A stretch of DNA of 64,000 bases. Origin: Hyphochytrium catenoides. Taxonomy: Eukaryota > Protista > Hyphochytriomycota. Shown here one piece after another: positions 23,401 through 35,052 of the stretch (the stretch's first letter is position 1; the number at the start of each line of letters is the position of its first letter). The stretch is taken from contig FLMG01000941.1 in assembly GCA_900088475.1 (NCBI GenBank), forward strand, positions 186,001 to 250,000. Direction: 5' to 3'. The notes beneath the pieces are model-generated. The model did no database searches and was not told where the DNA came from. It saw only the letters and a list, made by a program, of their open reading frames with translations. The position numbers were made by a program, and so were the translations under genes.

Positions 23401-25660
23401 AGGAAGAGAACCAACGGAGAAAGCAACGAAGGATCATCAGCTGTTTAACAACAACAACAATGGAACGAGAAGTGCAATGACTTCTCTGTGTATCCGGCAG
23501 CCTTTTGAGGACTCCTCGACTCAATCTACAATGCTGGATGACTTTGAGATAGTAAAGCTCATTGGCAAGGGGGCATGCGGGAGAGTGAAGCTTGTTAGAA
23601 AGGTGAGGCAACTAAGCGCGCACGCAGGGCTTAGAGTGAGCCATAGACGGAGACGTAAGAATGGCTATACTGGTCAGAGAGATGGTTGAAGGAAGTAGAG
23701 AAGGAGGGAAGGCAGAGAGAGGGGTGTTCAGAGGGTGGGAGTCGGAAATAGAGACAGATAGCATGTATGAACAGCAGAAAGAGGGAGAGGCAGAGAGAGG
23801 AAGAATGTATCGTCTTGTCTCTCACCACCCGCCGTCCTGTTCGAAGCAGAAAACAGGGAAAGATGAAGGCATGCTGTACGCTATGAAATCTCTGCGGAAG
23901 AAGCGCATCGTGGAACTGGGACTGGTAGAGGCTACAAAGTTGGAGAGAAGGATTATGTCCAGAGTAAGGAGGAAGACTGCCGGTTGCTGGACCTCTCCTA
24001 CCAAGTTGTCTCCTCCCTCTTACTTCACTAAGAATCCTCTATATGCTCTCTCCAGCCTTGACGAGCTGTGGGAGGCTTGTTCCTCCTCTCGGACTCATTC
24101 TACCTCTCTCTTCTCCGTCTCTCCTTCCTCAAGCATCTCCTCTTTTGCAATGGCTAAGGTTGTATGGCCTCCCCCTTCGCTCACTTGCAGACGAACCATC
24201 CGTACATTTGTGCCTTGCGGTACGCCTTTCAGACAGAGAGTAAGCTGTACCTGCTTCTGGACTACTATCCAGGTGGAAACCTCCTCGATCTTTTGAGAAG
24301 AGTCAGACGGAGAGACATCTCGGCACAGCAGATCAGACTCTATCTCGCAGAGGTGGTGTCCGCTTTGGCACACGTGCATCAGGAGGGCATTATGTACAGG
24401 TAACAAGGGTCCTATGAATCTGACCTCCTCCTTTCCTCTCATGACATTTGGCTGTTCTATCTTCGCTTCGTTGGCCATCATGCTTTGGTCTCTCCCGTAT
24501 ACCTTCCGTTTCTATCCTATTCTCTTTCATCGCCTTATAAACGATCTGGGCATATCACACAGGGATGTCAAGCTCGAGAATGTCCTAGTAGGAGCTGACG
24601 GACACGTCGCCTTAACGGACTTTGGCATGTCGAAAGATCTGAAGCTTTTTGGAGGGGAAGACAGAGCGACCACCATGCTGGGAACATTTCAGATGATGGC
24701 GCCTGATATATTGAATGGCAAAGGGTATACGAAAGCTGTGGACTGGTGGGCTCTCGGCTGTATGATGTTCGAGCTCATTGGAGGACAGCTGCCCTTCAGG
24801 TAACAGAGACAGTAAATTCATGTGTAGCTCTATCGCACGTGCTTTCGTGGAAAACGGAAAGGAGAGAGAGGGAGAGAGGGTGCTCGGAAAAAGTACCTTC
24901 AGCTCAGGAACTGGGGACACGACTTGGTTTGAACTACGAGTAGAAATGGAAAGAGAGAGACAGAGACAGAGACAGAGACAGAGACAGAGAGGGGCAGAGA
25001 CCACTGGCGGGAACTTATGGCTGATGATGCGTGGACAGAGAAGATGTACGTATAGATTCTCTCTGTAGAGGATTAACTCCAAGTGTCTATTCCATCTACA
25101 GAGGAAAGAATCACTCAGAAATTGAGAAGGAGATCCGAAACGCGCCTCTAGTGTTTAATGACCGCTGGAATGGAGATGTTGCTGCTAAGGATCTCGTCAT
25201 GCGTCTTCTGGATAGGAATGCGTCCTCGCGCATCGGGAGCGGTGCTAACGGCCATGAGGATGTTATGTCTCATCCCTACTTCAGAGACATTGATTGGGCC
25301 GCGCTGATGAGGAAAGAGATTACGTTCCCAGGGCAAGAGGCTTTTGCAGCGAAGCACATCCGGCCCATGACCACTGAGGATGTGATGGAAGTCTTGATGG
25401 CCAGTAGGAATGTTCCAGTGGACACCCCAGACCATGCTGAATCGGTGCTAGAAAGCCGATTCTCAGAGTTCGAGTTCACACGGCCGAGCTTAGATGAGGG
25501 CAACCCCGAGGACGAGGAAGGGCTCAAAGTCTATGGTGAGATTGAAGACTTGGCAACGACAAAGCAGCTGGTGGAGAATGCGGCGATAGACGAGCTGGAA
25601 GAACTCAGGGAGCTAAGCCTGCAGCCCCATGGGCGAAAGGGTAGCCAGCGGTCGCTGTAG
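20494..25660 (+). CDS. Multidomain protein: two Arb2/FAM172-like alpha/beta-hydrolase domains + degenerate FYVE-like Zn finger + AGC (RSK/S6K-like) Ser/Thr kinase
   Basis: Ten GT-AG exons join in frame by eye. Repeat 1: GIWSRSLI..SGSMMPYLKKARREGYGVIVLNP..HVEIVWD..GYARGG..RAIALIESSH. Repeat 2: GVWSRS..GSMLQFI..HIKIIWED..GFSKGG..RAIAFLESSH. Zn finger: CAIC..F.LF..RCSWC..VC..CPVC. Kinase: GKGACG, YAMK, YRDVKLEN, DFG, DWWALG. Confidence 0.85.
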
Positions 25661-27130
25661 ACTAGCAGCCAGCCTTTGATGTGGTTCGCTTGAGAGAGAG
25701 ATCTCTCTCTCTTCGCTTTTGTAAGCTCCTCAGCTTACGGCAGAGTCATTTCTCTTTCTGTTATCTCTTGATCTTTCTTCCCTACACTACCCTCTCTCTC
25801 TCTCTTTCTTTCTTTCTCTCTCTCTCTCTCTTTTTCTCTTTCCAGTTCACTGACTGCCTGCATGCACGCGTTGGTCTGTTCTCTCTATCTCGCCCTATTG
25901 TCGCAGTGAAGGTCGATTGGGTTCCAAGAGTTTTTCATCTAAGTTATTATGAACTATTGTTTCCTTTCTCGGCGCCTGAAGGAAGGCCCTTCGCTGACTA
26001 ACACACTGTTCCAAGACTATTGATCAGTGGCACGAGTATCCAGCCACCGGGTAGAGCCCTTAGTCAGCCTTAGCTCTGTCTCAACTCAGAAACGACAGGC
26101 ATCTGAGTAATTTAGATTATGGGGCTGGAACTCTACTGGCTGTGGAAAAGGATAGAGAACAAAAGAACGGTTCTGGGAGGAGACCGGGCCGAAGAATTCT
26201 AGTGCTGGGTGGACACAGAAAAGCCATTGACAGCATACGTTTTCTTGTCCTTCTGATCCTCCCCACCTCCTTATTACCTCTTCCCTGCGCTACCGACGGT
26301 ACAGGGCTTCAGGTTGAGGATGGACGAGAGATCACACGAGGCTCTCCTGAGAAGATTGTGCCTCATACTTGGCCTCGTACGTTCATAAAAGTCATTGACC
26401 TGAGACGTTGTACACTATCCTGGAGACTCAAGCTAGGGACCAAAGCCTATCGCATCTTCTTGAGCCCTCGGACTGGAGAAGAATGACGGCGCCATAGGCT
26501 CGCTGCGTGCGCCCAGACGCAGCTTGAAGACACGATGACGATGGAAGGATTCTGAGCTTTTGCAGAAGGCAAAGATTCTGACGTGACTCCCAGACAACGA
26601 TGCCTAGTCTACTTCCCGTATTATTACGGTCGCTAGGGTCCTGATATGTTAGAACTAGAGCTATCCCGTCGGGTGTATTATTCTGAAGCGTTTCCTTGAG
26701 ATAAAGAGGAAAGAAGTTGGGGGAGACAGAGTAGGGGTAGAGACACAGTGCTCTTTACGTTAAAGTAAGGGTAGGCCGAGAGAAAGAGCAAGAATGAGAT
26801 ATGTTTGGAGAGAAGAGAAGATTGTGCGATCTTCAGAACGGAACCGCCCTGTCCTTCAGAGATCTTCCGCTTCCTCTGGCAAGTTCGGATGCAGATCGCA
26901 TTCTGAAGCTTTCTGCCTTTCTCTAAGGAACTAAGGCACAAGAGCGCTGATTCTCATTCGAGTCACAGGTGACACAGCTTTTCCTAGATATGTTCATCTT
27001 GCAATGTCTATCTGTTCCCAGCAGTTCGCTGACCCCCTGCTCATATTGACCTCCCCTCGCTCACTTGACTGCATTGTTGATGCTGACCTATCTTCTGCTG
27101 AAGTGCGAATTGCAACGTGAAGTCACAAGC

Positions 27131-28728
27131 ATGGTGTTCAGTAGGACCTTGGCAAGATCGGCTGTGGCCATTAGGAGAGTAAGTCCAAGACCTAAATGCT
27201 CAATTGTGGCCGGGATTCAGGGTTAATCTTCCTAACTCAAGTCCTGCCTGCCATATCGATGGCTGCTTTAGCCTAGAATGCCATGAATTCACTTCTTACT
27301 TGCCTCTCTCCCCTCATCAGGCCGCCGCATCGGGCAAAACGGCAGTTGCATTCCGAGCATCAGCCCTTTCGCTGAAGCAGGAGGCTCTTCCTTCACTATC
27401 CCTCCTGCCATCTTCTCTTCAATCCTCCTCGTTCACTTCGTTCACCTCACCGCTGAGAGACGATGACTTCTCCTACGACTTCACTTCCATCACCTATCCT
27501 CCTCCAGAGGCGGCCATTGGAGAGATGGCGCCGTCTTTCTCTGCTCCAGCGGTGATTGACGGAGAGATCTCCTCTCTTTCCCTTGACGACTTCAGGGGAA
27601 AGTGGGTTGTTCTTTTTTTCTATCCCAAGGTAACCAAAGACTGAGCTGCTCTTCTTTTTTGCTTGGGGATCACCTTACGATCGTTCTTTGGTTATCGGCC
27701 CAGAAGAATCGGCTGACATCTCTCGCTAAACCTTTCCGCGTCCGAGGTGACGGCTACTGACGGTCCTTCTTCTCTTCCTTACACTCGCTTTTGCTCCGGT
27801 TCTCCCCTTACCCACTTTCTTTGTGTTCTAGGACTTCACTTTCGTGTGCCCGACGGAGATCATCGCCTTTTCTGACAGATCCAAGGAGTTCGAAGCACTC
27901 GGCGCACAAGTCATCGCAGCAAGCACTGACACTGAAGAAGTGCATCTTGCATGGATCAGGTAAAAGAGAATAAAGAGAGAGAGACACGAGAGGGCAGAGG
28001 AGCGGCAGCCGAACTAGATGCTCTGGGACGAGCGGGATGAGTGATAGGAGGCATATAGTGAATGAGCTTTATAGAGACTGGAGACGCATGTGGGCAGAGA
28101 GGCAAAAATTCTCTGTTGTTTCCTCCTCCTCTCTTCCTCCTTCCTCTGTAACTCCGACCTCGTTTCTTCATTCGTTCAGAACCCCTCGCAAACAGGGTGG
28201 TCTAGGGAAGATGCAGATCCCTATCATCGCAGATACCACCAAGATTATAGCAGCCAAATATGGAGTGCTCCTTCCCGACCAAGGCGTCGCCCTGCGTGGT
28301 CTGTTCCTCATTGACCCTGATGGAGTGCTACAGCAGATCACCATGAACAATCTTCCAGTGGGAAGAAGCGTGGAGGAGACGCTGAGACTGCTGCAGGTAA
28401 GAAAGGGGGCTTTAAGAAGGGGGCAAAAGGTTAGGGGTGGCTGCCGACATCTGGAGAGGAGAAGCTGATACAAGGACCAGGTGAAAGATCGGATGAGAAA
28501 GAGACAAGGCCAACATTGAACGCTTAAGTTCGCCACCGTATATAATCCATAGAAGGGGATTAGTGTAGCTTGGTCACAAGTTGCATAAGAGCCGGAATCG
28601 AGACGAAGAGGAAACACGACAGCTAAGGGCGAAGCACCATTTCCCCTCAGTGATAGAGATGATAGACTTCATTGGGCTTTGATCTTCCGCATAAGTCTTA
28701 CATACTTCTTTCTCTTTCGTTGGTTTCT

Positions 28729-28792
<64 letters not shown>

Positions 28793-29643
28793 ACGGTCTC
28801 GCGACCCTCTCTTATCTATGTCTCCTCTTTAACGCCATCCTTGGCATGCAACTGTTGGATTTAGGCTTTCCAATTCACTCGCGAACACGGAGAAGTCTGC
28901 CCAGCAAACTGGACTCCAGGAGCAAAGACGATGGTTCCCAATCCTGAGGATAGCATGGTAAACACTCTTGCCTTCCTTGTATCCGGTCGTCTTTGTTGCT
29001 ATTTGCTGGTCTGTCTGTCTCTCTCTCTCTGTCCCTCTAGAATATGAATTGTCTCCTTCTGGGAATATGTTTCCGTGTCTATGAGGTCCTGTAGGAGAGA
29101 CTACTTCTTGGTCTTCCTAGCCCTCCTGCTAACGGGGTTCATCATAGACCTACTTCGCCTCCGGAGCTACAGAGGCCCAGGAGGAGGAGGCTGCAGCAAC
29201 CTCGGTGCAAGAGATCACCTCTCCCACTGACTTCAAGGAGGCAGTGAAGGGAAAGAAGGTTGTCGTCAAGTTCTATGCCCCGTGGTGCGGCAAGTGCCAG
29301 CAGATCAAGCCTTACTATGAGAAGCTAGCAGCTGAGAATTCCGACGTGGTAAGATGTCCTTGCTTGGGATGCGTTATGCTTCTTCGGCATGCCGGCTGCC
29401 TCGTGTAGTGGCTGCTCATTGCTTACAACTGATGTAGACAGTCCCTAACCTTCTACTCTCGTTTGCCCCAACCAGACGTTCTTGGCATGCAATACTGACG
29501 ACCCTCAGCTGAACCAGCTGTTTGAGGGTTTGGGCATCTCTGCTATGCCTGCCTTCGTCACCTTCAAAAAGGGCAAGCAGGCTGGAGAACCTATCATTGG
29601 CTATAAGAAGAAACCTCTTGCGGAAGCCGTAGAGAAGCTTTAG
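27131..29643 (+). CDS. Typical 2-Cys peroxiredoxin (AhpC/Prx1) fused to a C-terminal thioredoxin, with putative mitochondrial presequence
   Basis: [16 protein letters not shown]; [14 protein letters not shown]; GGLG; EVCPANW; M-TYF; then in the same exon [10 protein letters not shown]. Last exon has AMPAF and ends at TAG 29641-29643. Confidence 0.9.
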
Positions 29644-30386
29644 GAGATAGGAGAGGAATAAAGCTTAACATGACGGCAGACAGTGGAGGAAAGGTTACGT
29701 GGGTACCTACATATCCAATGATATAAACCGTGAAAGCGTATTCTTCTTTGGCACATTTATAGCGGTTGTCGGGCAGTGTCACCCTGAGAATTGCCAAGCG
29801 CTACCTAATCGTGGGTTATAGGCTCCTGTAGGGCCCGTCTCCGATTTACTATGATCCGCTCTAAGGCGCTAGCGCATAGACTTTATAGTTCCTGGCAGGC
29901 TCTTCAAAGCAAAAATCAACTCTAGGGAAGAGGAATCATATCACCAGCACCAAGCTTGCTCCCTTTCCCCATTTATCGTCAGAGTTCCCCTCACATTACT
30001 CTCTTTGCGGGCACAAAGGCCAAGGCCATGAAAGCTGCCCAACACTTGGACAGTCAGGCAAAGTCAAGTCCAAAGAATTGAATCTTCCTATTCACATGCC
30101 TAGCTTTAAGAGGAATGTAGAAGTCACACGCAAAACATTCAAACCATACAGAGACCAGATGCGGATGCTGGCTCGAATAAATAAGGATAGAGAGATAGAG
30201 ACATAAGAGGGACCTGATATAAATATGCTGACCGCTGGACTCGGCCCATGACCTCAAAGATAGGGAGGTTAGACCGGGTGCAAGTCATGAAACAGAGAGA
30301 GCCCAAATAGAGCAAAATCAGAGGGTGATGACCCCGGGAGAGAGAGGAAAAGTCGGGGAGGAGGTCTCCCGCAGTCTCTCCAGCAT

Positions 30387-31263
30387 CTAACTGAACTCCG
30401 AGCCCCAGACAGGCAAGCCCAAAAGCTCATCCTCAATGTTGAAGAAGAACATATTGCTGTTCATCAGGTCCTCGGTCACCTCCGACGTAGAAGGTGTAGC
30501 GGGTGCTAGAGCACTCTCGTCTGTCTGACATGCAGCGCTCTCGAAGGTAGGCCGACAGTCAGTCGTCTGTGTCTCTGAAAGCGTGGACAGGTTGATAAGG
30601 GAGACAGAACCCTTAATATTCAACCCATCCGTTGACCCAACATCACCCAGAGGGAAGATCTTCCCATCTGGTATCGGAGAAATCTCTTCCTTGGTAGAAA
30701 AGAGAGGAATCTCTTGCAGGAAATCGAAAAGCAGTGAAGGGTTGAGTGGATCAAAGTCCACCTTGGGCTCAGGTGCAGGCTCCTCGGACAAAGAAGCCGT
30801 GCTCGCATTGCTTGATAGAGACGGGGAGCTTAGCTTCTCAAGAGGAGCAATACTCTGCGGGGCGGCCATGGAACTTAGGATAGGCTCAGACTGAACTTTG
30901 CGGATCTTGCTCGCGACTGAGCAATCCAGTTGAACGGGCTTTTGAAGGTTCGACACCAGAGATTGAGTCTCCATTAAAGCTCTCTTTCGTCGGCGGACAG
31001 CTCTCTGGATGCGGTTAGCTTGTTGGCGATGGTACTCGCAAAACTTATGAGGCAAGCCGTTGTCCTTGATCGCGGCCTCTTTCTGGCAGTTGCCTCGGCC
31101 ATCTGCAGATGACAATGGAAGAAGCGAGAGACAAGGTTAGAAGTGAGAGCCAGACGTCAAAAGCGAGCTTTTCAACAATTTCCGTACATTTGCAGAGCGT
31201 GGCCGAGCGAAGCTGACCATGAGAAGCGCTCTTCTCAACCTTCGCTTTGAGCTTGATCTCCAT
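30387..31263 (-). CDS. Putative transcription regulator with C-x-Y-x4-C...H-x2-C-x2-H zinc-binding motif and acidic tail
   Basis: Two exons give CKYGRGNCQKEAAIKDNGLPHKFCEYHRQQANRIQRAVRRRKR, which resembles a repeat family I recall from oomycete proteomes. Confidence 0.7.
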
Positions 31264-32360
31264 TTCTTTCAGCTCACAATCTGGCTTTCGTCTCTTATTA
31301 TAAGGTCTTGTCGAACCTTGAAAGGCAGATATCCGACTCTTTTTCCAGAAGAGCTTGTCTCTCTCTCACTTGAGCTTTGCAGATGTCAAAAGCTCTGTCA
31401 ACTGGACGATAAGATGCTTTGTCCTGGGCTGGTGAGATCTTTGAACGACAGGTGGCGCGCTCCAGCTCAAGAAAGCGAGTAAGACCCACACAGAAGAAGA
31501 AGCGTTCTGCCTGGCAAGGCCATTCGAAGAATGAGCTTCATCACCCAAGAAGAGAAAGGACGGCCAAAACTTTGGATGAAAGAGAGAGATTGAGGGTGCG
31601 AGCGAGCAAGAGAGACAGACGAAGAGGCGGCAGGGAGGAGAAAGGGCCGTGCGGTCCCATAGAGAGACAGCTGTAACCTGATAGGATGGATTGTGCTGAG
31701 GTATCATAGAGAAAGAGAGAGAGAGAGTGGGGGAAGAGAGAGACAAAGAAAGGGAGAGGAGACAGAGAGAGAGCGAAAGAGAGAGAGAGAGAAAGAAAGA
31801 GAGNNNNNNNNNNNNNNNNNNNNNNNNNNNNNNNNNNNNNNNNAGAGAGAGAGAGAGAGAGTAAATAAAAAGTGTACAGGAACAAGCGTGACCAAAATCT
31901 GGTGGAGGACGAAGAGATAAAACTTTCTAAGGTACAGAGTAGGAGAGAGAGACAGAGTGAGAAGAACCTTAGTAAAAAACAGGATACTTATTAGTAGAGA
32001 ATGACAAAGAGCTATAGATGCAGCGATAGGAAGAGCGAGACAGAGCGCGAGATACCGCTATTCGGACTGAAAACCTTAGGGGAGAAGAGAGACAGAGTGG
32101 AGAACAACAGAGTGAAGGAAGTACAAAAGGCGGGTAGAAGTGATGAGTGAGGACGGGTGGGCCAGTATATTTCCAGTAAGGAAGACCCAGGACTTGATAC
32201 CTTCAGGCACCTTCCCATAGATCTAAATGGCGTCACGCACCTAGACGGCCCCACCCATCTTTGTCCTAACCTAGATTCTTTACTGTGTGAATGTTAGGCT
32301 TTTGAGAGCCCCGCCATTCCCTTTTTCCTCCACCTTTCAAACCCTCTCATACTCATTCTG

Positions 32361-32441
32361 CCTCTTATCCAATAAGAGGCCGTATCGTCACCCTCCTCGC
32401 ATTATGATTGGACAGGACAACTCGTCCTTGATTTTGATTGG
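32361..32441. promoter_or_regulatory. Cluster of three CCAAT boxes
   Basis: CCAAT at 32369; ATTGG at 32407 and 32437. They lie in a unique island between GA tracts upstream of the 30387-31263 gene. Confidence 0.35.
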
Positions 32442-35052
32442 ATGGCTCAAGGCTAAGGGCCACAAGGGATGCTGACGTCTCAAAAATAGTCCTTCGAGCG
32501 CCCTTTCTGGCCGCAGGGGTATTGGAAATTAATGAAATGAATAAAGAGGGAATGTATCTTTGGAGTAAGTAATCTCTCCAGAAAGTCATAATTTCAAAAT
32601 GAAGACTTCAAGACTGCAACTAAAGGGCGAGGAAAGTATCCGAAGAGGAGGATATCGAGATTGATGGAAGAAGTACTTGAACCATGGAGGAGAGAGGCAA
32701 GGGCAAAGAGACAGAGTGATAGAGGGAGGGAGACAGAGTGGTGGTAAGAGAGAGACAGAGTGAAGGTGAGACACGCCGATATTCCTACACGGAGAGAAAG
32801 AGAGAAAACAAGAGTGAATCCGAGCGAGCAGTCTATGGAGCGAAAGATAGGTGCGGAAGAGCGAGGGAGAGGGAGAAAGACATAGAAGGTTTCCTAGTGC
32901 AGGATACGGCCAGTCTCTCTCCTCCTTAGTCTGTGAGGCTAAGACGCTTTGGGGCTTAGCTTCTCACACACAGGGAGTGAGAGGGAGAGAGAGAGACAGA
33001 GAGAGGCAGAGAATGAGACAGAGGGAGAGAGAAAGAGAGGGGGAGAGAGATAAAGAGAGTGTGTGAGAGAGAGAGAATGAGACAAAGAGAGGCGGGAGAC
33101 GGAGAGAGAGAGAGTAAGAGAGAGAGTGAGAGAGGAGCATACTACTATGGGGCTAACCTATGCTCCTGAGAGATCGGCAGCGGCTCTGCTGGCATCATCA
33201 AGCTGCCATGATGATGCCAGCACCTCTTGACTTCGACCCTCACAGCCGAGGGACAGCCACCGACAAGCCCGACAGGCAGCTTTGAACTCAAGAGGAAGAA
33301 GCAGTACTTGTAGAACTAGAACTTGTAAAAGGTGGTGGTAGAAGCGTCGAACCTCATCATCACAGTTGCTGTCGGATGATTGGATAAACTAAGCACCATG
33401 CCAAGGTCGGACGCGGAGCCCGCTGCTACCTTGTTTCGAGACAGAAGAGAGCAGATCGATGCCCACCAGATAGCAAGGAAAGCTGCAGGGAAGCGGAACA
33501 TTTTTCCCAGGAAGCAGCAGCAAGACGCCTCTGCTCTTCCACGTCCTTGTCCGCTCTTTCCCTCGTCGTCTTGTCAACCCCAGCAATCCAGTGGAGTTGA
33601 ACCAGTGTGTCCGAAGCCTATCACATTTTGAAGTTCTTTTTGTTCCTTCTCCTCCTAAGAACGTCCAGCACGCTTTCTTACCTCAATTCAAGCACTAGTT
33701 CTACAGCCCTTATTCCTCTTGTTGCTTCGGCTATAGCGCACCCAAAGTGATAGCTCCACCTGTGTGTTATCCATAACAGCGAGTTCTTTTAGAGTCCAGT
33801 TCCAGCAGTTGAAGTGCCCTCAGTTCCGTCCTAGGCAACGCTTCTAGGACAGCTTCTGTCTCGTTTCCTAGAGAGAATGAGCTGCCCACCAGCAGGTCTC
33901 TTAGGAAAGAAGTACGAATCGTTCTACGGAGCTATAGAACTATGTTATGGGAAGAGGAGGAGAAGCTCTTTTGTGCATTTCTCTTGATGGCACAGATAAC
34001 ATGCCGACCCTGCTGCCGCCCAAACAGAGGAACTTCTCTTATATTTGGTCCTCGCGGCTTGATAGATAGCGGGCTCCTTTCTAGTCGTCAGCATCGAAGC
34101 GGTCGAGCCCAAGATCGGTTCTCCGATCTGGCGGTCCTGCATCTGACGCCAGAATGTCGTCCGGTGTCTGGGTCCTCCTTGTTTGACGACGGATTGCGGG
34201 CAAGACGCGCTCCATGAGCGAAAGAAGAGAGAGCGAATCTGCTGCGAGTCAAGAGAGAGAAATGGATCCACGTGTCTCACAATGATTCGAGCTTCTATTC
34301 CCATTTCGTATCAGCTGCCATCTGACTTCCAGATGCCTGCATCTAATGAGAATAAGGTAAAGGATAAGAAACTCCACATCTGCTTGCTTCTGTCGTGGTC
34401 CAGCATCCGCCCTTGAGCACCTCGAATGAGGCGTAGAAACGTCATGGCCATTCTTGCAGGCAACCATTCCCAAGAGAAGGTGAACACCAGCCCCATTGTC
34501 GTGCCCCATTCTCATCGACGATGAGCTGTGATGAGTCGCGGTGGTTCATCATCTTCAGTTATACTTGTATAGCGTAGTGAGCTTTTTTAATCTCTTGCAT
34601 CTTCGCTCGTCTGGAGCCCAAGTGTCTTGCGGCAGTTAGCTTCATCAGTTCCCCGAGATTGAGCTCATATCATGAGCGTAGAAGGAGACATGAGTCAGAA
34701 CTGATTGTGAACCAGCAGCTGCCAGCCGAGACATTCATTCTTCTGATGAGAGGATGGAGAGCGAGTGGTATGACGCATTGTTTCGTCTCTGCCTCCTTGA
34801 CGTGCCACTGGTCGCCCTTCCTGCGTCATGATTCTAGCGGATGGGGACCGTTGTGCAGTCAAATACGCGGCCTGTATTCACAAGCTAGGTCCAAACAGCC
34901 CAGTCCCTGATTCCTGTACGCAACTACTGAAGTGCGGAAGCTGCTTCGTCCACCGTCGGCGATAGGATGGGGGCTAAAGAGGCTATCTGGGAAGGAGAAT
35001 AAATTATTGGATGTTAATGGTCCTAACAGCTTTATAAACAAAGACAACTCTT

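Noticed and set aside
26142-26486. ORF with WD40-like GHRKAIDSIRF
   Set aside because: Single weak motif, non-ATG start and no further repeats.
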